From positions 27,527,360 through 27,591,359 of the forward strand of contig NC_043019.1 in assembly GCF_006345805.1 (NCBI RefSeq): 64,000 nt of DNA, read 5' to 3'. The translations under genes were made by a program, and so were the position numbers. The stretch is from Octopus sinensis (lineage: Eukaryota). Positions 13,315 through 27,124 of the stretch are shown here, piece by piece. How positions within the stretch are numbered: the stretch's first letter is position 1; every line of letters begins with the position of its first letter. The notes under the pieces were generated by a model, which searched no databases, was not told the origin of the DNA, and was given only the letters and a program-made list of their open reading frames with translations.

Positions 13315-15301
13315 TATATTTATTTATCTATATATATATATATATATATAACATATCTATATAATCCATAGTGATTGCTGGGTTTTTAAACTTTCTAAAA
13401 TTTGTTTTCCTCCTCCTTCCATCCATTTCTGTTGACCTTTGCCCCCTGCCCTCCTTCTCCACATACACCCAACTATTCGTACCCCGCACCCTGTGTCTCT
13501 GCACCCATTTCCAAGAAACTTAAGTTTTCATTTGTAGAAATGGTTTCTGACCTGTTTAGTTTAGTTTTGTTCTTTTCCTCATCAATGTGTCAAAGTTGTA
13601 ATATTTTTTTAAAGTTAATGAGTAGAATAATAATTGTCCTGAATATTGGTCTGCAGTGGTGGTCATGGCAGAAACCATCATACTACACTTAGAGTGCAAT
13701 GGTTTGCTCTTCCTATGCACATTTTGTAGTGGCTTCTTTCAGTGAACCTGGAGCTGTGTCTTAGAATATACCAGTGTCATCTTGTTTGTTGCTTAGATCA
13801 GACTTTCTAAAAATGACAGAAAGTAGACTGTAGCATGACCTGAATACTCCCTGATTGCCATCAAGTTCTGTCTCTACTCTAAACAGATCTATAATTAAAG
13901 GCATGTTTGTTGCAATCGTCATGTCTTCTCTTTTTGAGATATGGTCTATCAAGGACTACATTATTTAGCATCTCCTTCCTCATTTTAAGGTGGAAGAATA
14001 GGATTAGAGGGACATTTGGCTGCTATTTCTATCAGGTTGCACAAACCTTAAAGAGGCTTCTCTGTTAGCTCTGCTAATGTGTCCTTCCTCATTTTAAGAT
14101 TGTAGGGTGAAATTTGAAGGACTTTTGGCTGCTGTTTCTAACAAGTTGTACAGCATAAAAGAGGCTTCTCTGTTAGCTCTGCTAACGTGCCCTTCCTCAT
14201 TTTAAGATTGTAAGGTGGAATTTGAAGGACTTTTGGCTGCTATTTCTAACAAGTTGTACATCATAAAAGATGCTTCCCTGTTAGCTCTGCTAATGTGCCC
14301 TTCCTCATTTTAAGTTTGTAGGGTGAAATTTGAAGGACTTTTGGCTGCTATTTCTAACAAGTTGTACAGCATAAAAGAAGCTTCCCTGTTAGTTTATTGT
14401 ATATTATTGTTGTTTAGCTATGTGTTACCTCTGCTCAATCAAACTTACAATCAGGGATGTCTCAGTCATGACCATCCCTTCTTTTTTAGGGGTTTGTAGA
14501 ACTGCATTATCTTTATCCTTATTTAAGAGAGAAATGTATGATTCGATGGAGATTTAACTATTATTTCTAATAGGTTCAGCAACCCAGTTGTGGTTACCTT
14601 AATTGTGTCTTGTGAAATGATGTCTGAAAGATTTAGTTTTGGATGTCACTGATACATCACTGGGTTTAGATCTGACTTTGCACAGCTGAGAAGGAAGTGG
14701 ACCCCAGAGCAATGGTTCTCAACCAGGCTCCACATGACCCTTGGTGGGGGTCTATATAAGATTTTGTTGAGCAATAAATTGGTTATACTTCTATGGCCTG
14801 GTGGTTGAGGTGTGGTACTTGCAATTGCGAGATCACGGTTTCAATTCCTTGGCCTGGTGGTCTGTTGTGTTCTTGAGCAAAACACTTCAGTCTTGCATTG
14901 TTCTGCGATCTCTTCCACACCTGACACGTGGTACACCGTGCACCTGTTCAGACAATGTCAGTTTGATGGAGGGAGTGAGCTAATGTGCAACACGAACACC
15001 TGACCACTATAAACCAAGTCATTTGTGCTGGTCATTTGGCAAAACCTCAACACTCATATGCTATCTTCGATGAGATAGTCCATCATTCTCCTACAATACA
15101 TAAAATATTAAAATTCCAGGCGTAGGAGTGGCTGTGTGGTGAGTAACTTGCTTACCAACCACATGGTTCCGGGTTCAGTCCCACTGCGTGGCACCTTGGG
15201 CAGGTGTCTTCTACTATAGCCTCGGGCTGACCAAAGCCTTGTGAGTGGATTTGGTAGATGGAAACTGAAAGAAGCCTGTTGTATATATATATGTATGTAT
15301 G

Positions 15302-15346
<45 letters not shown>

Positions 15347-16591
15347 ATATGTTTGTGTGTCTGTGTTTGTCCCCCCAGCATCACTCAACAACCGATGCTG
15401 GTGTGTTTACGTCCCCGTAACTTAGCGGTTCGGCAAAAGAAGCCGATAGAATAAGTACTAGGCTTACAAAGAATAAGTTTTGGGGTCGATTTGCTCAACT
15501 AAAAGGCGGTGCTCCAGCATGGCCGCAGTCAAATGACTGAAACGAGTAAAAGAGTAAAGAGTAATATTATTTAAGTATTAAGATGTAAAAGGAAACCTTT
15601 TTTAAACGACAAATCATGAGGGTCCATCTGAATAAAATAGGGATCAAAAGGGACCATAGGAAAGAAATGGTTGAGAACCACTGCTATAGGGTTGGTTAAA
15701 TACTCCCTGGTGTGGATATGTGTATTTATAATTGAGGTCCCGTTGAATAACGAGACCTAGAAATGCTGCAACTGTCAACTGTTTACTCTCATAATTAATT
15801 TAATTAGTGTTGAGCCAGCAGACTTTTCCTCAAAGATGGATGACAGTGTCATGGTTTCAAGCCCTGACTATTCCACCTTTCTTAGTAATGCTCTATCCTG
15901 AGCTGCATTCTGTAATGTCTTTTTCTTAACCTTTTAGCATTCAGGTTATTCCATCAAATGTAATGCTTATTTACCTGCATTGCTTTTGAATTAATCCTAC
16001 ATTATCTTGTAGCTTCAGGATTTTGATGACATGATTGTTATTTTTCGAATGACATTGTAGGGTAGGTGTGAGAGGCAGGATCTGGTCAATTTGAACATAA
16101 AACGAGGAAAATATTTAGGCTGGACACGGCCGGTTTAAATGCTAAAGGGTTAAGACAGTAGGGCATGATTTGAGGGTTATTTGGCTACTATTTCTAGCAG
16201 AGGTTCCCTTGGCTTCATGATAATTGATATTTTGTCTGTCTTTGGTACAGTTAGTTCTTCCCACCTTCCTCATCTTTCTACAATCCTGTCTATCTTCCTC
16301 ACCCATCTTGTTTGTTCTTGTGTAAAATCTCCCTCTCCTCCTCCCTCTCCTCCTACCACTCCTCCTACCACTCCTGTTTCCCTTCTTTAAGAGAATTGCG
16401 ATGGTTTTAGCAGGAATACATCTCCCTCCATTTGTTGGATTTGTAGTTCTTTACAAACTGATACTAACTCTTAATCCTCATTTTACTGCTTCTACTTCTT
16501 CCAACGGTGTTGGTTTTTGCATGACTAACTGACGCTTTTCTATAACTACTACTACTACTACTACTACTACAACTAGTATCACTTCTACTAT

Positions 16592-16622
<31 letters not shown>

Positions 16623-17117
16623 CAGTATGTTGTTTTTTGTTAAAACATCTCCTCTCCCACTATTGCCTTCACTTTCATACAACTGCTAGCTCTAGCTGCT
16701 ATGTTATATAATCAACATTTTTCAGGTATCCGTATATTTCTTTCTCTTTTTTTGAAACTCGTATGATTGCATTGCTGTTACAACGAACACCCGTTCAACT
16801 GTCAACTGATAAATCAAAGACAATACACACATGCGCATTTTATATATCATCATCATCATCGTCATTGTTTAACGTCCGTTTCTCATGCTGGCATTGGTTG
16901 GACAGTTTGATAGGAGCTGGCAAGCCGGAGAGATGTCCGGACCCCAGTTCTCTGTTTTGGAAATGGTTTCTACAGCTGGATGTCCTTCCTAAAGCCACCC
17001 ACTTAACAGCGTGCTGGGTGATTTTTTTTACATACCATGGGCATGGATGCATTTATGTAGCCTCGGCAGGAGTGCATTTTACGTTGCATCAGCACATAAA
17101 ATTCACTTGTGCTGGTG

Positions 17118-17156
<39 letters not shown>

Positions 17157-17385
17157 TAACTGATAGAAAATGGAATGAATGACATTCTTTATTTACAATC
17201 ACTACAATTGTTTCGACACATTTTCACACCTGTAATGCATTGGTGAGGTGTGTAATTATTATCATGCATCCAAGGTGTAAAATTCACCTCTTCAGGTGAT
17301 TGTTTAACTACATCTTTCATTAAACCCTACCATCATTTCACTCAGTGTAAGAATGCATACCCAAAGTGATGTTGTCACCCAAATC

Positions 17386-17433
<48 letters not shown>

Positions 17434-18967
17434 ATATATATGATGCTACACACAAACATGCAGAAACAATGCCCACCAGGTGGTTTCCTGCCAGTATATG
17501 TCTTGTTTGCTTGCATAAAACTTGTGATTCAGGACTAAATAAATCCTGGGGCTTTGATTTCTCTGCCATTGAGAGAAGCCAATGCCAGCACATCATTATA
17601 TGAATGAATATTTTCAAGGGAACTGATTCCAGTATGAGTAACATCGAAGCACCAAAGAATATTTGATGGTAGATGATGCTGCTTGTTCAGTTTCATCCTC
17701 ACCTCAAAGTAACACGGAGATTTCAATTCAGCAGGCCGGGTGTAAGCTTTACCATATGAGCAGACATTGCCAAAGAGACTCCTTGCGTTATGTAGGTGTA
17801 TAACATACGAGTCATCCTGTTCTTGAAAGTCATCGAAATTGCCATTCCCTGTTAATCTTCTGACCCTTTAGCATTCAGATTATCCTGTCAAATGTAATGC
17901 TTGTTTGTTCACATTGTTTTGAATCGATCATGCATTATCTTGTAGCTTTGAGATTTTGATGGTGTGTTTGTTTAGTTTTAGAATGACATTGTAGGGTAGG
18001 TGTGAGAGGTTGGATCTGGCTAGTTTCAACTTAAACCAAATAGAATGTTTGCTCCAGATGTGGCTGGTTTAAATGCCGAAGTATTACTAGGCTTCTACTT
18101 TGAATGTTTCATCATCTATTGTCCTGCTGTACCTATTCAGTTTGGTCTTTCAGCATTCTACTTATTTGCTCTGCTGTTACTGTTTCTATTTCTCTACTGT
18201 TTTCATGGGATATTTGTCTGCATATCCTGTTCATTTAATGATGATTTATCAATTGGCACTTGAATATTCACAGACTGTCAGAGTTGGCTCAGCGTATTAT
18301 TCTGAAATAGATTAAGCTCTTCTTGAGTCAGTCTGTCTTGAGCCAGTCTGTCTTGAGCCAGTCTGTCTTGAGCCAGTCTGTCTTGAGCCAGTAGAAACAG
18401 AATTATATTCTCTACAGCTATGTCCATATTCAGACATTTGTTTCAGTTATTTTGTCCCTTTTTTTTGTTTGATTCAGCTCTCCTTCTCTCCTTTTCTTGT
18501 TGTGCCTTTGTTGCCAGACATTCTGTTTTAATCACATATTTTGTTTTTTGATGGCCCATGTTGAATTCAAAAATTCTAATGTGTGAACAAATAGCACAGT
18601 ATGTATACTACATTAAACGATAAACGTCGCCCATTTCAAGCCTAGCCAGGCTCATGGGCCCGGTTTCCCGGTTTCTATGGCGTATTTGTTCCCCCCAGCT
18701 GGACGGGACGCCAGTCCATCGCAGCGTTACTCAAAAAACAGGAAGAGAAAGTGAGAGAAAGTTGTGGCAAAAGAGTACAACAAGGATTATGATTTACATG
18801 TTTGTGTATAATGGAATGAAATTTGAAATGGAAAAATTTCTATTTGTTTTCGATATGATGCTTAGATATAGTGCAAACATTTTCACAAATATTCTGTAAG
18901 TTTCTCAAAGGAAAGTTTTGCAATCACTTATATTTTCATGAAATCAATTGAATAGAGGCAGTAGAGT

Positions 18968-18998
<31 letters not shown>

Positions 18999-19415
18999 CA
19001 TTGTAAGTGAAAGTTTGTGTAAAAGATGAAAAATATTAAATGAAATAATTTGGAAAGGGATACAAATGAAGTTTGTGAGCGAGGGAGAGAAAAGACAAAG
19101 AAGGAATAAGACATTGAAAAGAAGAAAAAAAAAAGGGGGAGGTTGAGTGAAACAAAGCAGAGGAGAGCATTGCTTGGAAAGGGATACAAATAGTGTTTGA
19201 GAGAGAGAAGAGGCAGATAGGATGAGGAGTAAATTTTTAAAAAAAGGCAGACTTTTCACAGTGAATTAGATTTCGTGTTCTGACTGGATCATATTTCTTT
19301 AATTTCATATTACTCTCTGTCCTCACCTGATGCCTTATTCTGAAGCATATGTATGTTGAGTTCTAACAACAGGTTATTAATATCACTATGCTTAAGTAAA
19401 ATATATAATACATAT

Positions 19416-19461
<46 letters not shown>

Positions 19462-19511
19462 ATATGTATTATATATTTTACTTAAGCATAGTGATATTAA
19501 TAACCTTCATT

Positions 19512-19549
<38 letters not shown>

Positions 19550-19771
19550 AAATTTAGAGGAATGACCACTAAAGTGGACACCCTTTATGCTAAACATAGA
19601 CGTCAAATTGCCATTAACACAAAGAATGTTTAGCATAAAGGGTGTTCACTTTAGAGGTCATTCCTCTAAATTTTGTATGTAACACAATTTTTAATCTCAG
19701 GATTTTTTTAAATATGCTAAGCCACTGGTTTTAATTGATTAATATCAATTTCTACCCCTTTTATTTAATTT

Positions 19772-19816
<45 letters not shown>

Positions 19817-22800
19817 TTTCCACTTTACTAATTAGATGTTTTTGCAAGCATCTAATTATTAAATATATATAAACACACATAAAATCAATCTTACTGACAA
19901 GTATGTAGTCACTGTGCAAACAAATGCTACCCAGGTGGGCCCACAACAAATAGAAAGAAAAAAAAAATTGAAATTGGTTATGAATGACCGTTATGTCTTA
20001 GAAAAACATTCCTACGACTGGTTGGGGAAAAAAAAAATGGAAATTTTCTACTCATAAGACTAGGCATTATAGATGGTGGAGCTTCAAATGGTGTACAGTG
20101 GTTTGCTTGCATGTCAGCATGACAGGATTAATAATAATAATAATGGTTAAAATGGTGGTGGTGGTGACAATTTCTTCTTGAATCCTGTTTTATTGCAGCA
20201 ATGTTTGGTTTTTGATATGTTTTTTGAATGCAGATAATGTACATGGCATGTTGGCTTCTTAATGCATGCCTGCATTTTGGAAATGCATGGAAGCACGCAC
20301 ATACACACCCACACACAAACACCCACACATTTTAAAATTAATTATCAGACTCCCGTTACTAAAATAGTGAGGGCATAATGCCTAGAGGTTGCGGTGTTTC
20401 ACTCACAATTATGAGATAGTGGTTTCAATCCCAGGGCTGGCTGGCTGGTGTGTTGTGTTCTCGAGCAAACTCATCTCACATTGCTGTGCGATCACTTTGT
20501 CACCTGATGCGTGGCACTTTGTGCACCTGTACAGGTAATGTCAATTTGGTGGAGGGAGTGAGCTAACATATACCTGATCATGAAAAACCAATCATCTGTG
20601 CAGTCTGTTCAACAAGAAATTGTTGAATCTTTTTTCTCAGATTCAAGAAGCTACCAAGAAGATTACTAAAATATGAAACAGAACCCCCTTTTTTTTTGTT
20701 TTTTGAGAGGGTCAAGGGCTCAGCGAGGGATTCAGTTTAGAAATGAGGGAAAGAAAGGCAAGCAAACTGCAGAGAGTGTTGCATTTGTTCTCATCCATTC
20801 AGCTATATGGACAAATCCACTGGAAAGGCAAAACCTGCCCTCCTTCAAGTTATACGCCACAGGAGGAGATGAACTAAGTGCTGTAATGAACGGCTACGTT
20901 TTGTGTTCAAATCTAGCCTAGGTCAATCTTGCATCTCACCTGTCTTAGTGAAGTACCTGGGATTGATATAATTGACTAAAACATCGTATTGCCTGTTGGA
21001 AATTATAAAAGTGATGCATTGGTGGGTCCATTTAATATTGGACAAAAGGCCATGTAGTATTTGTTTTGGCTTTTTATGTTCTGAGTTCAAACTCACCCAG
21101 GTTCAGCTATGCCTTTTCTCTTCCTGGTATTTTCTGAATATAGCTGGGGGCACATCTATGTGCAGCAGCAGCCCAAATGTGGGTGCCATACTCCATTGGT
21201 GCATTATGGAGTGTCTGCAATTTTTAGGGGACAAAGTGTCTTCCAGGCCTTGAAGAGAATGGTCAATTTTTTGGGACCCTCTCTGGTGATGTGCTTTTGC
21301 TATTTTTTCATCATTAACCCTTTTGTTTTTATAATTCTGTTGAAACACATTGTGCTTGTTTTGATTAATTTCAAAAAATAAATTAAAAATTCAGTAAAAT
21401 AAATTTGTCATCAGTAAGCTGTTATTTGGAACATATATTAAGAATTTTTAAGGGCAAGTCTTAAATTAACCCTTTGGCACTCTGTCAAATGTAACGCTTA
21501 TTTATTCATATTGTTTTGATTTAATCATGCATTTATCTATTAGCTTTGAAATTTGGATGATGTGGTTGTTTAATTTTACAATGACATTGTCAGGTAGGTG
21601 TGAGATGTTGGATCTAGCCAGTTTGAACATAAGAGGCAGAATATTTTGGCTAGATATGGCTGGATTAAAAGGGTTAAATCACTCTAAAGCAGAATTTTGT
21701 ATTTTGGAATCAGGGTTCATCTCAGGTATGTTGATAAAAAAAGGGTCAGTATACATAAACACACACACATACACACACACATCTCGTATGTTTTCCTAGA
21801 ATTTAGAACTGATTTAGATAATGTCTTATCTGTTCCTATATAACATTGCTTTACTGACTTCATTAAGTATGCTAGCACTCTTAACTGTTAGGTTTTCATG
21901 CAGGAGGTGTCCCTCAGTAGCTCTTGAGTCATTCTTCTATAAAATATTTGCTAAGTCTTAGATATAACAACAACAACAACATCAAAACAAATTATTCTCA
22001 ACCCGTTCACTTAACTTATCAGTTGTTGCTAATTAACAAAAGTGACCCCTATTTCATTTCTTTCAACAATGATATTTGTCATTTGAACCTATTTGTTGGT
22101 CTTATTTTGCAGCACCTTTAATGTTGCCTGCCGATAGATTCTGGGATGTCTACGTGTGCTTTTTGTCATCTACAACGGACGTCATCATACGCATTGTTGG
22201 TGAAAATTACTCAGTGAGTACCTTTGCCGTTACTTTTCCCTCCATCTTTCAACAGATCTTTTATCTACCTCTCTCCATCTTTTGATAACATTGGTCAAAT
22301 AGCCGGCTTTCAATCTTTTAGTTACTAAAAGATGGAAAGCCAGCTATTACTACTGTCTCTGTTTTTCAATAAAACATCTCTCCCTTTTCCAGTTAAGCAG
22401 GGCTCCCTAATGACAAAGGCTCTGGGTCAGTATCAAGCCATGGATTATTTTGTACTGTGCCACACAGCAAGAATACAATTCTTAAATTTTATTTCTACTT
22501 TATTGATTATCACAGTCTACAGGGTGTTTTTGCATCATATATGTATTGAATGTGTAATATATATGTATTGTATATATAATATATATATATATATATATAT
22601 GTATTGTATACGTAATATATATATATATATGTGTGTATTGTATACGTAATATATATATATATGTATTGTATACATAATATATATATATGTATTGTATATG
22701 TAATATATATATATGTATTGTATATGTAATATATATATATGTATTGTATATGTAATATATATATATGTGTATTGTATATGTAATATATATATATGTGTAT

Positions 22801-23154
22801 TTTATATGTAATATATGTGTATTGTATATGTAATATATGTGTATTGTATATGTAATATATGTGTATTGTATATGTAATATATATGTGTATTGTATATGTA
22901 ATATATATATGTGTATTGTATATGTAATATATATATGTGTATTGTATATGTAATATATATATGTGTATTGTATATGTAATATATATATGTGTATTGTATA
23001 TGTAATATATATATATATGTGTGTATTGTATATGTAATATATATATGTGTGTATTGTATATGTAATATATATATATATGTGTATTGTATATGTAATATAT
23101 ATATATATATGTGTATTGTATATGTAATATATATATATATATATATGTGTATTG

Positions 23155-23193
<39 letters not shown>

Positions 23194-23849
23194 ATTGTAC
23201 ATGTAATATATATATGTGTGTATTGTATATGTAATATACAATACACATATGTAATATATATATATATGTGTATTGTATATGTAATATATATATATGTGTA
23301 TTGTATATGTAATATATATATATATATGTGTATTGTATATGTAATATATATATATATATATGTGTATTGTATATGTAATATATATATATGTGTATTGTAT
23401 ATGTAATATATATATATATGTGTATTGTATATGTAATATATATATATGTGTATTGTATATGTAATATATATATATGTGTATTGTATATGTAATATATATA
23501 TGTGTATTGCATATGTAATATAATATATATGTGTATTGCATATGTAATATAATATATATGTGTATTGTATATGTAATATAATATATATGTGTATTGTATA
23601 TGTAATATAATATATATGTGTATTGTATATGTAATATAATATATATGTGTATTGTATATGTATATAATATATATGTGTATTGTATATGTAATATAATATA
23701 TATGTGTATTGTATATGTATATAATATATATATATATATGTGTATTGTATATGTAATATATATATATATATGTGTATTGTATATGTAATATATATATATA
23801 TATGTGTATTGTATATGTAATATATATATATATGTGTGTATTGTATGTG

Positions 23850-23911
<62 letters not shown>

Positions 23912-26900
23912 TGTATATGTAATATACAATATACTCAAGCTTGAGTATTATTGAGGAAGGTTGCATTGTTTCAAGCGATGAGGGATTATCATATGATAGA
24001 AGGGGATTATTTATGATTAAATTGTTAAACTACGTATACTGTTTATAATAGTCAAACTGGCGTCCTCATCTTAATGGTTGGTTGCACTATGTTTTGGCTG
24101 TTGAACTTGAAACACAGAAAGCGGAATGAGAACAGCATGCCCATCATCATCGTTTGACCCTTTAACATTCGAACCATCCATATCCAGGCAAAAATATTCT
24201 ACCTGTTTTATTTTCAAACCGAATTAGATCCAACCTTTCCCACCTACCCTACAATGTCATTCTAAGAATAAAACATTCACATCATTGAAATCTTGAATTC
24301 AAAACAATGTGAATAAACAAGCATTAGCTTTAACCCTTTCGTTACCGTATTTATTTTGAGATGCTCTCTGTTTCTTTCAGTTACTTTAAATATAACAAAG
24401 AATTTAGTAAAATAACTTAGCTATCGTTAAGCTAGTGTTAGGAACATAAATTATGACTAAGATTTGGTGGAAGATTTTAATTCAAAACATATGAAAACAA
24501 GACATTTGTACTCAGAGCCAGTTTTGGCCGGGTTGGTATCAAAAGAATAACCTGAATGCTAAAGGCTTAACATCTGTTTTCTATGCTGGCATGGGTCAGA
24601 CAGCTGGCCAGCTTGGGAGCTGTCTAGATTCCAATTGTTTGTTGTGGCATGGTTTCTATGGCCAGATGCCCTTCCTAACACCAACCACTTAACGGAGTGT
24701 GCTGGGTGCTTTTTACGTGCCACCAGCATGGGTGTGTTTCTGCAGCACCGGCATGGGTGTCTTTTATGTGGCACCAGTACCTGAAAGGACAAGCCTGTAC
24801 GTATGGAAGACAGAGATTTTACTTAGCTTGATGCTTCTTTTCAAGTACAGCAAATCCCCACATCTCGTGGTCCCTTGTCGTTTCCTCAGTGAGGCCCATC
24901 GTCTGAAGGTCCTTTCTCATCACTTCATCCCCATGTAGATCAAATAAAGGATTAGGTTCAAAGTTCGGATACAACAACTGAATTCAACACAAGACACCTG
25001 AAGATGGCTGGAGCATACAACAGCTGAAACGTAGTGAAAGTAATGATCAAAATGAGGACACCAGTTTGATTAATGTAAACGGTATACATAATATATATTC
25101 CTTATCTCAGCAATATAGAATTGTATTGTTGAACTACTGGTGACAAGAACAGTTAATCGGAATATTGAATTTACCTTTTGTAATGTTTGAATGAGATTTT
25201 CTAAAGCCTTGTCTCTCTCTCTCTCTCTTTAGATTCTCTAAAGCACTGTTCTCCCTCTCTCTCTCTTTTTCCCCACTCTAGGACAAACTTGAAAAACTTG
25301 AGAAAGAAATTGAAAAGTGGTTTCCTGAACTACCCAATGGCCAGATCCAAGAAGGGGACATTTGTGCTGCTGAAGTGGAGGGCTTTTATCACCGGGTGAA
25401 GGTTTTACAGATGAAGGAGAGCAGAAGAACTGTAAGTGGTATTTTATTGTACTGGATTTCTTCATTGTGACATTGGCACAGTACATCACATATGTGTCCT
25501 TCCCTTCTACAGCAACTTACTAACAAGGACGGAAACCTGATATTCATGCCTTTCCCAACGAGAAATGGGTGTTGAGTTGGGCTTAAGAGAAAAAACAGAA
25601 AATGGCTTGAAGGGTGATTTATTAAATAGGAAATGTTTATATAAGGAGTGGCTGTGTGGTAAAAAGTTTGCTTTCCAGCCACATGGTTCCAGGTTCAGTT
25701 CAGCAGTGTGGCACCTTGGGCAAGTGATGTGTTCTACAACTTCAGGTCAATCAAAGCCTTCTAAATAGATTTGGTAGACAGAAACTAGAAGCCCATTGTA
25801 TGTATATATGTGTGCGTGTCTGTTTACCACCACCGCCACTTGACAACCGGTGTTGGTGTGTTTATGTCCATGTAACTTAGGAGTTTGGCAAAGGAGACTG
25901 ATAGAATAAGTACTGGGCTTACAAAGGTACTGCGGTCAATTTATTTGATTAAAAATCCTTCAAGGGGCACCCCAGCATGGCCACAGTCCTATGACTGAAA
26001 CAGTTAAAAACAAAAACGAAAATAAATGAAACTGGTGTGTACATGTGAGTTGTGGTGTCAACTGTAGTAAGCAAGAGAGACAACTAAATTGGTACATGGT
26101 GGACATAGGCAGGGAATGGGTAGTAAAGTGTTTTATATCTCATCTTGTTTCAATTGGTGAAGTTCTTCATCTCCTGATTGCATGTTGTGGAAGCTCCAGC
26201 TTGGCACCTCTTCAACTAACTGACATCACGCCTGCATCAGTACAAGATGATGGACTATTTGAACATGGTGTGTGTAATGTGTGCCCTTTTTTTTTAACTT
26301 TTACTGTTTTCAGTCATTTGACTGTGGCCATGCTGGAGCAACACTCTAGCAGGTTGGTTTAGTGGAACAGATTGACCCTAGTACTTTTTTATTTACTTTA
26401 AAGTCTGGTACTTATTCTCTCAGTCTTTTTTGCTGAATTGCTAAGTTATAGGGATGTAAACAAACCAACACTGGTTGTCAACACACACAAACACACACAC
26501 ATGATGGGCTTCTTCCTGTTTCCATCTGCCAAATCCACTCACAAGGCTTTGGTCAGCCCAAGGCTATAGTAGAAGACCAAGGTGCCATGCAGTTGGATTG
26601 AACTTGAGAACATGCAATTGGGAAGCAAACTTCTTACCACAGCCTTTTGGTTTGTATAAAATGTATGAGACTGGATTTAAATGCAGTGATGTATATGTTT
26701 TAATGTGTGTATAATGTATACACTTTATAAAAAATATATAAAAGTGACTTACTAAACATTTTAAGATCTTGCATCTATGGTTACACTGTTTGAGGAGGTC
26801 GAATAAGACTTAAACATATCCTGAGTTGTGTCCCTTTGCCATTGCATTCTGGTGTTTGATTTTTAACTTATTCTTTTACATGTTGCAGTCATTAGACCGT

Positions 26901-27090
26901 GGCCATGCTGGAGCACCACCTTCAGGAATTTTAATCAAACAAATCAACCCCAGGACTTATTTTTTTTTTATTAAAGCCTGGTACATATTCTATTGGTCTC
27001 TGTTGAACCACTAAGTTATGGGGACATAAACACACCAACACTGGTTGTCAAGCTGTGGTGGGGACAAATACAGACATGAAGACACATGCT

Positions 27091-27124
<34 letters not shown>

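Larger units (their letters stand above)
14710..15683. mobile_element. hAT/Charlie-like MITE interrupted by two SINEs
   Basis: TIRs caatggttctcaacc / ggttgagaaccactg; 8-bp TSD poorly conserved. Confidence 0.55.

Noticed and set aside
15808-15890. Protein-like stretch VEPADFSSKMDDSVMVSSPDYSTFL
   Set aside because: Weak acceptor, wrong phase and an in-frame stop without a good donor.
20641-20880. Possible Tudor-gene exon after ttctcag (FKKLPRRLLKYE..)
   Set aside because: Phase does not fit the 1-to-1 chain between 13248 and 22113, there is no donor before the stop, and the acceptor is at the end of a SINE.
21109-21381. ORF containing SWGHIYVQQQ, reminiscent of the Tudor SPxxFYVQ motif
   Set aside because: No suitable splice sites; the homologous Tudor B N-terminus is already encoded by 22113-22213.
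22500-23966. Long ORFs of 488, 343 and 378 aa rich in Y/I/T/H
   Set aside because: Artefacts of a stop-poor AT minisatellite; no domain content or splice context.
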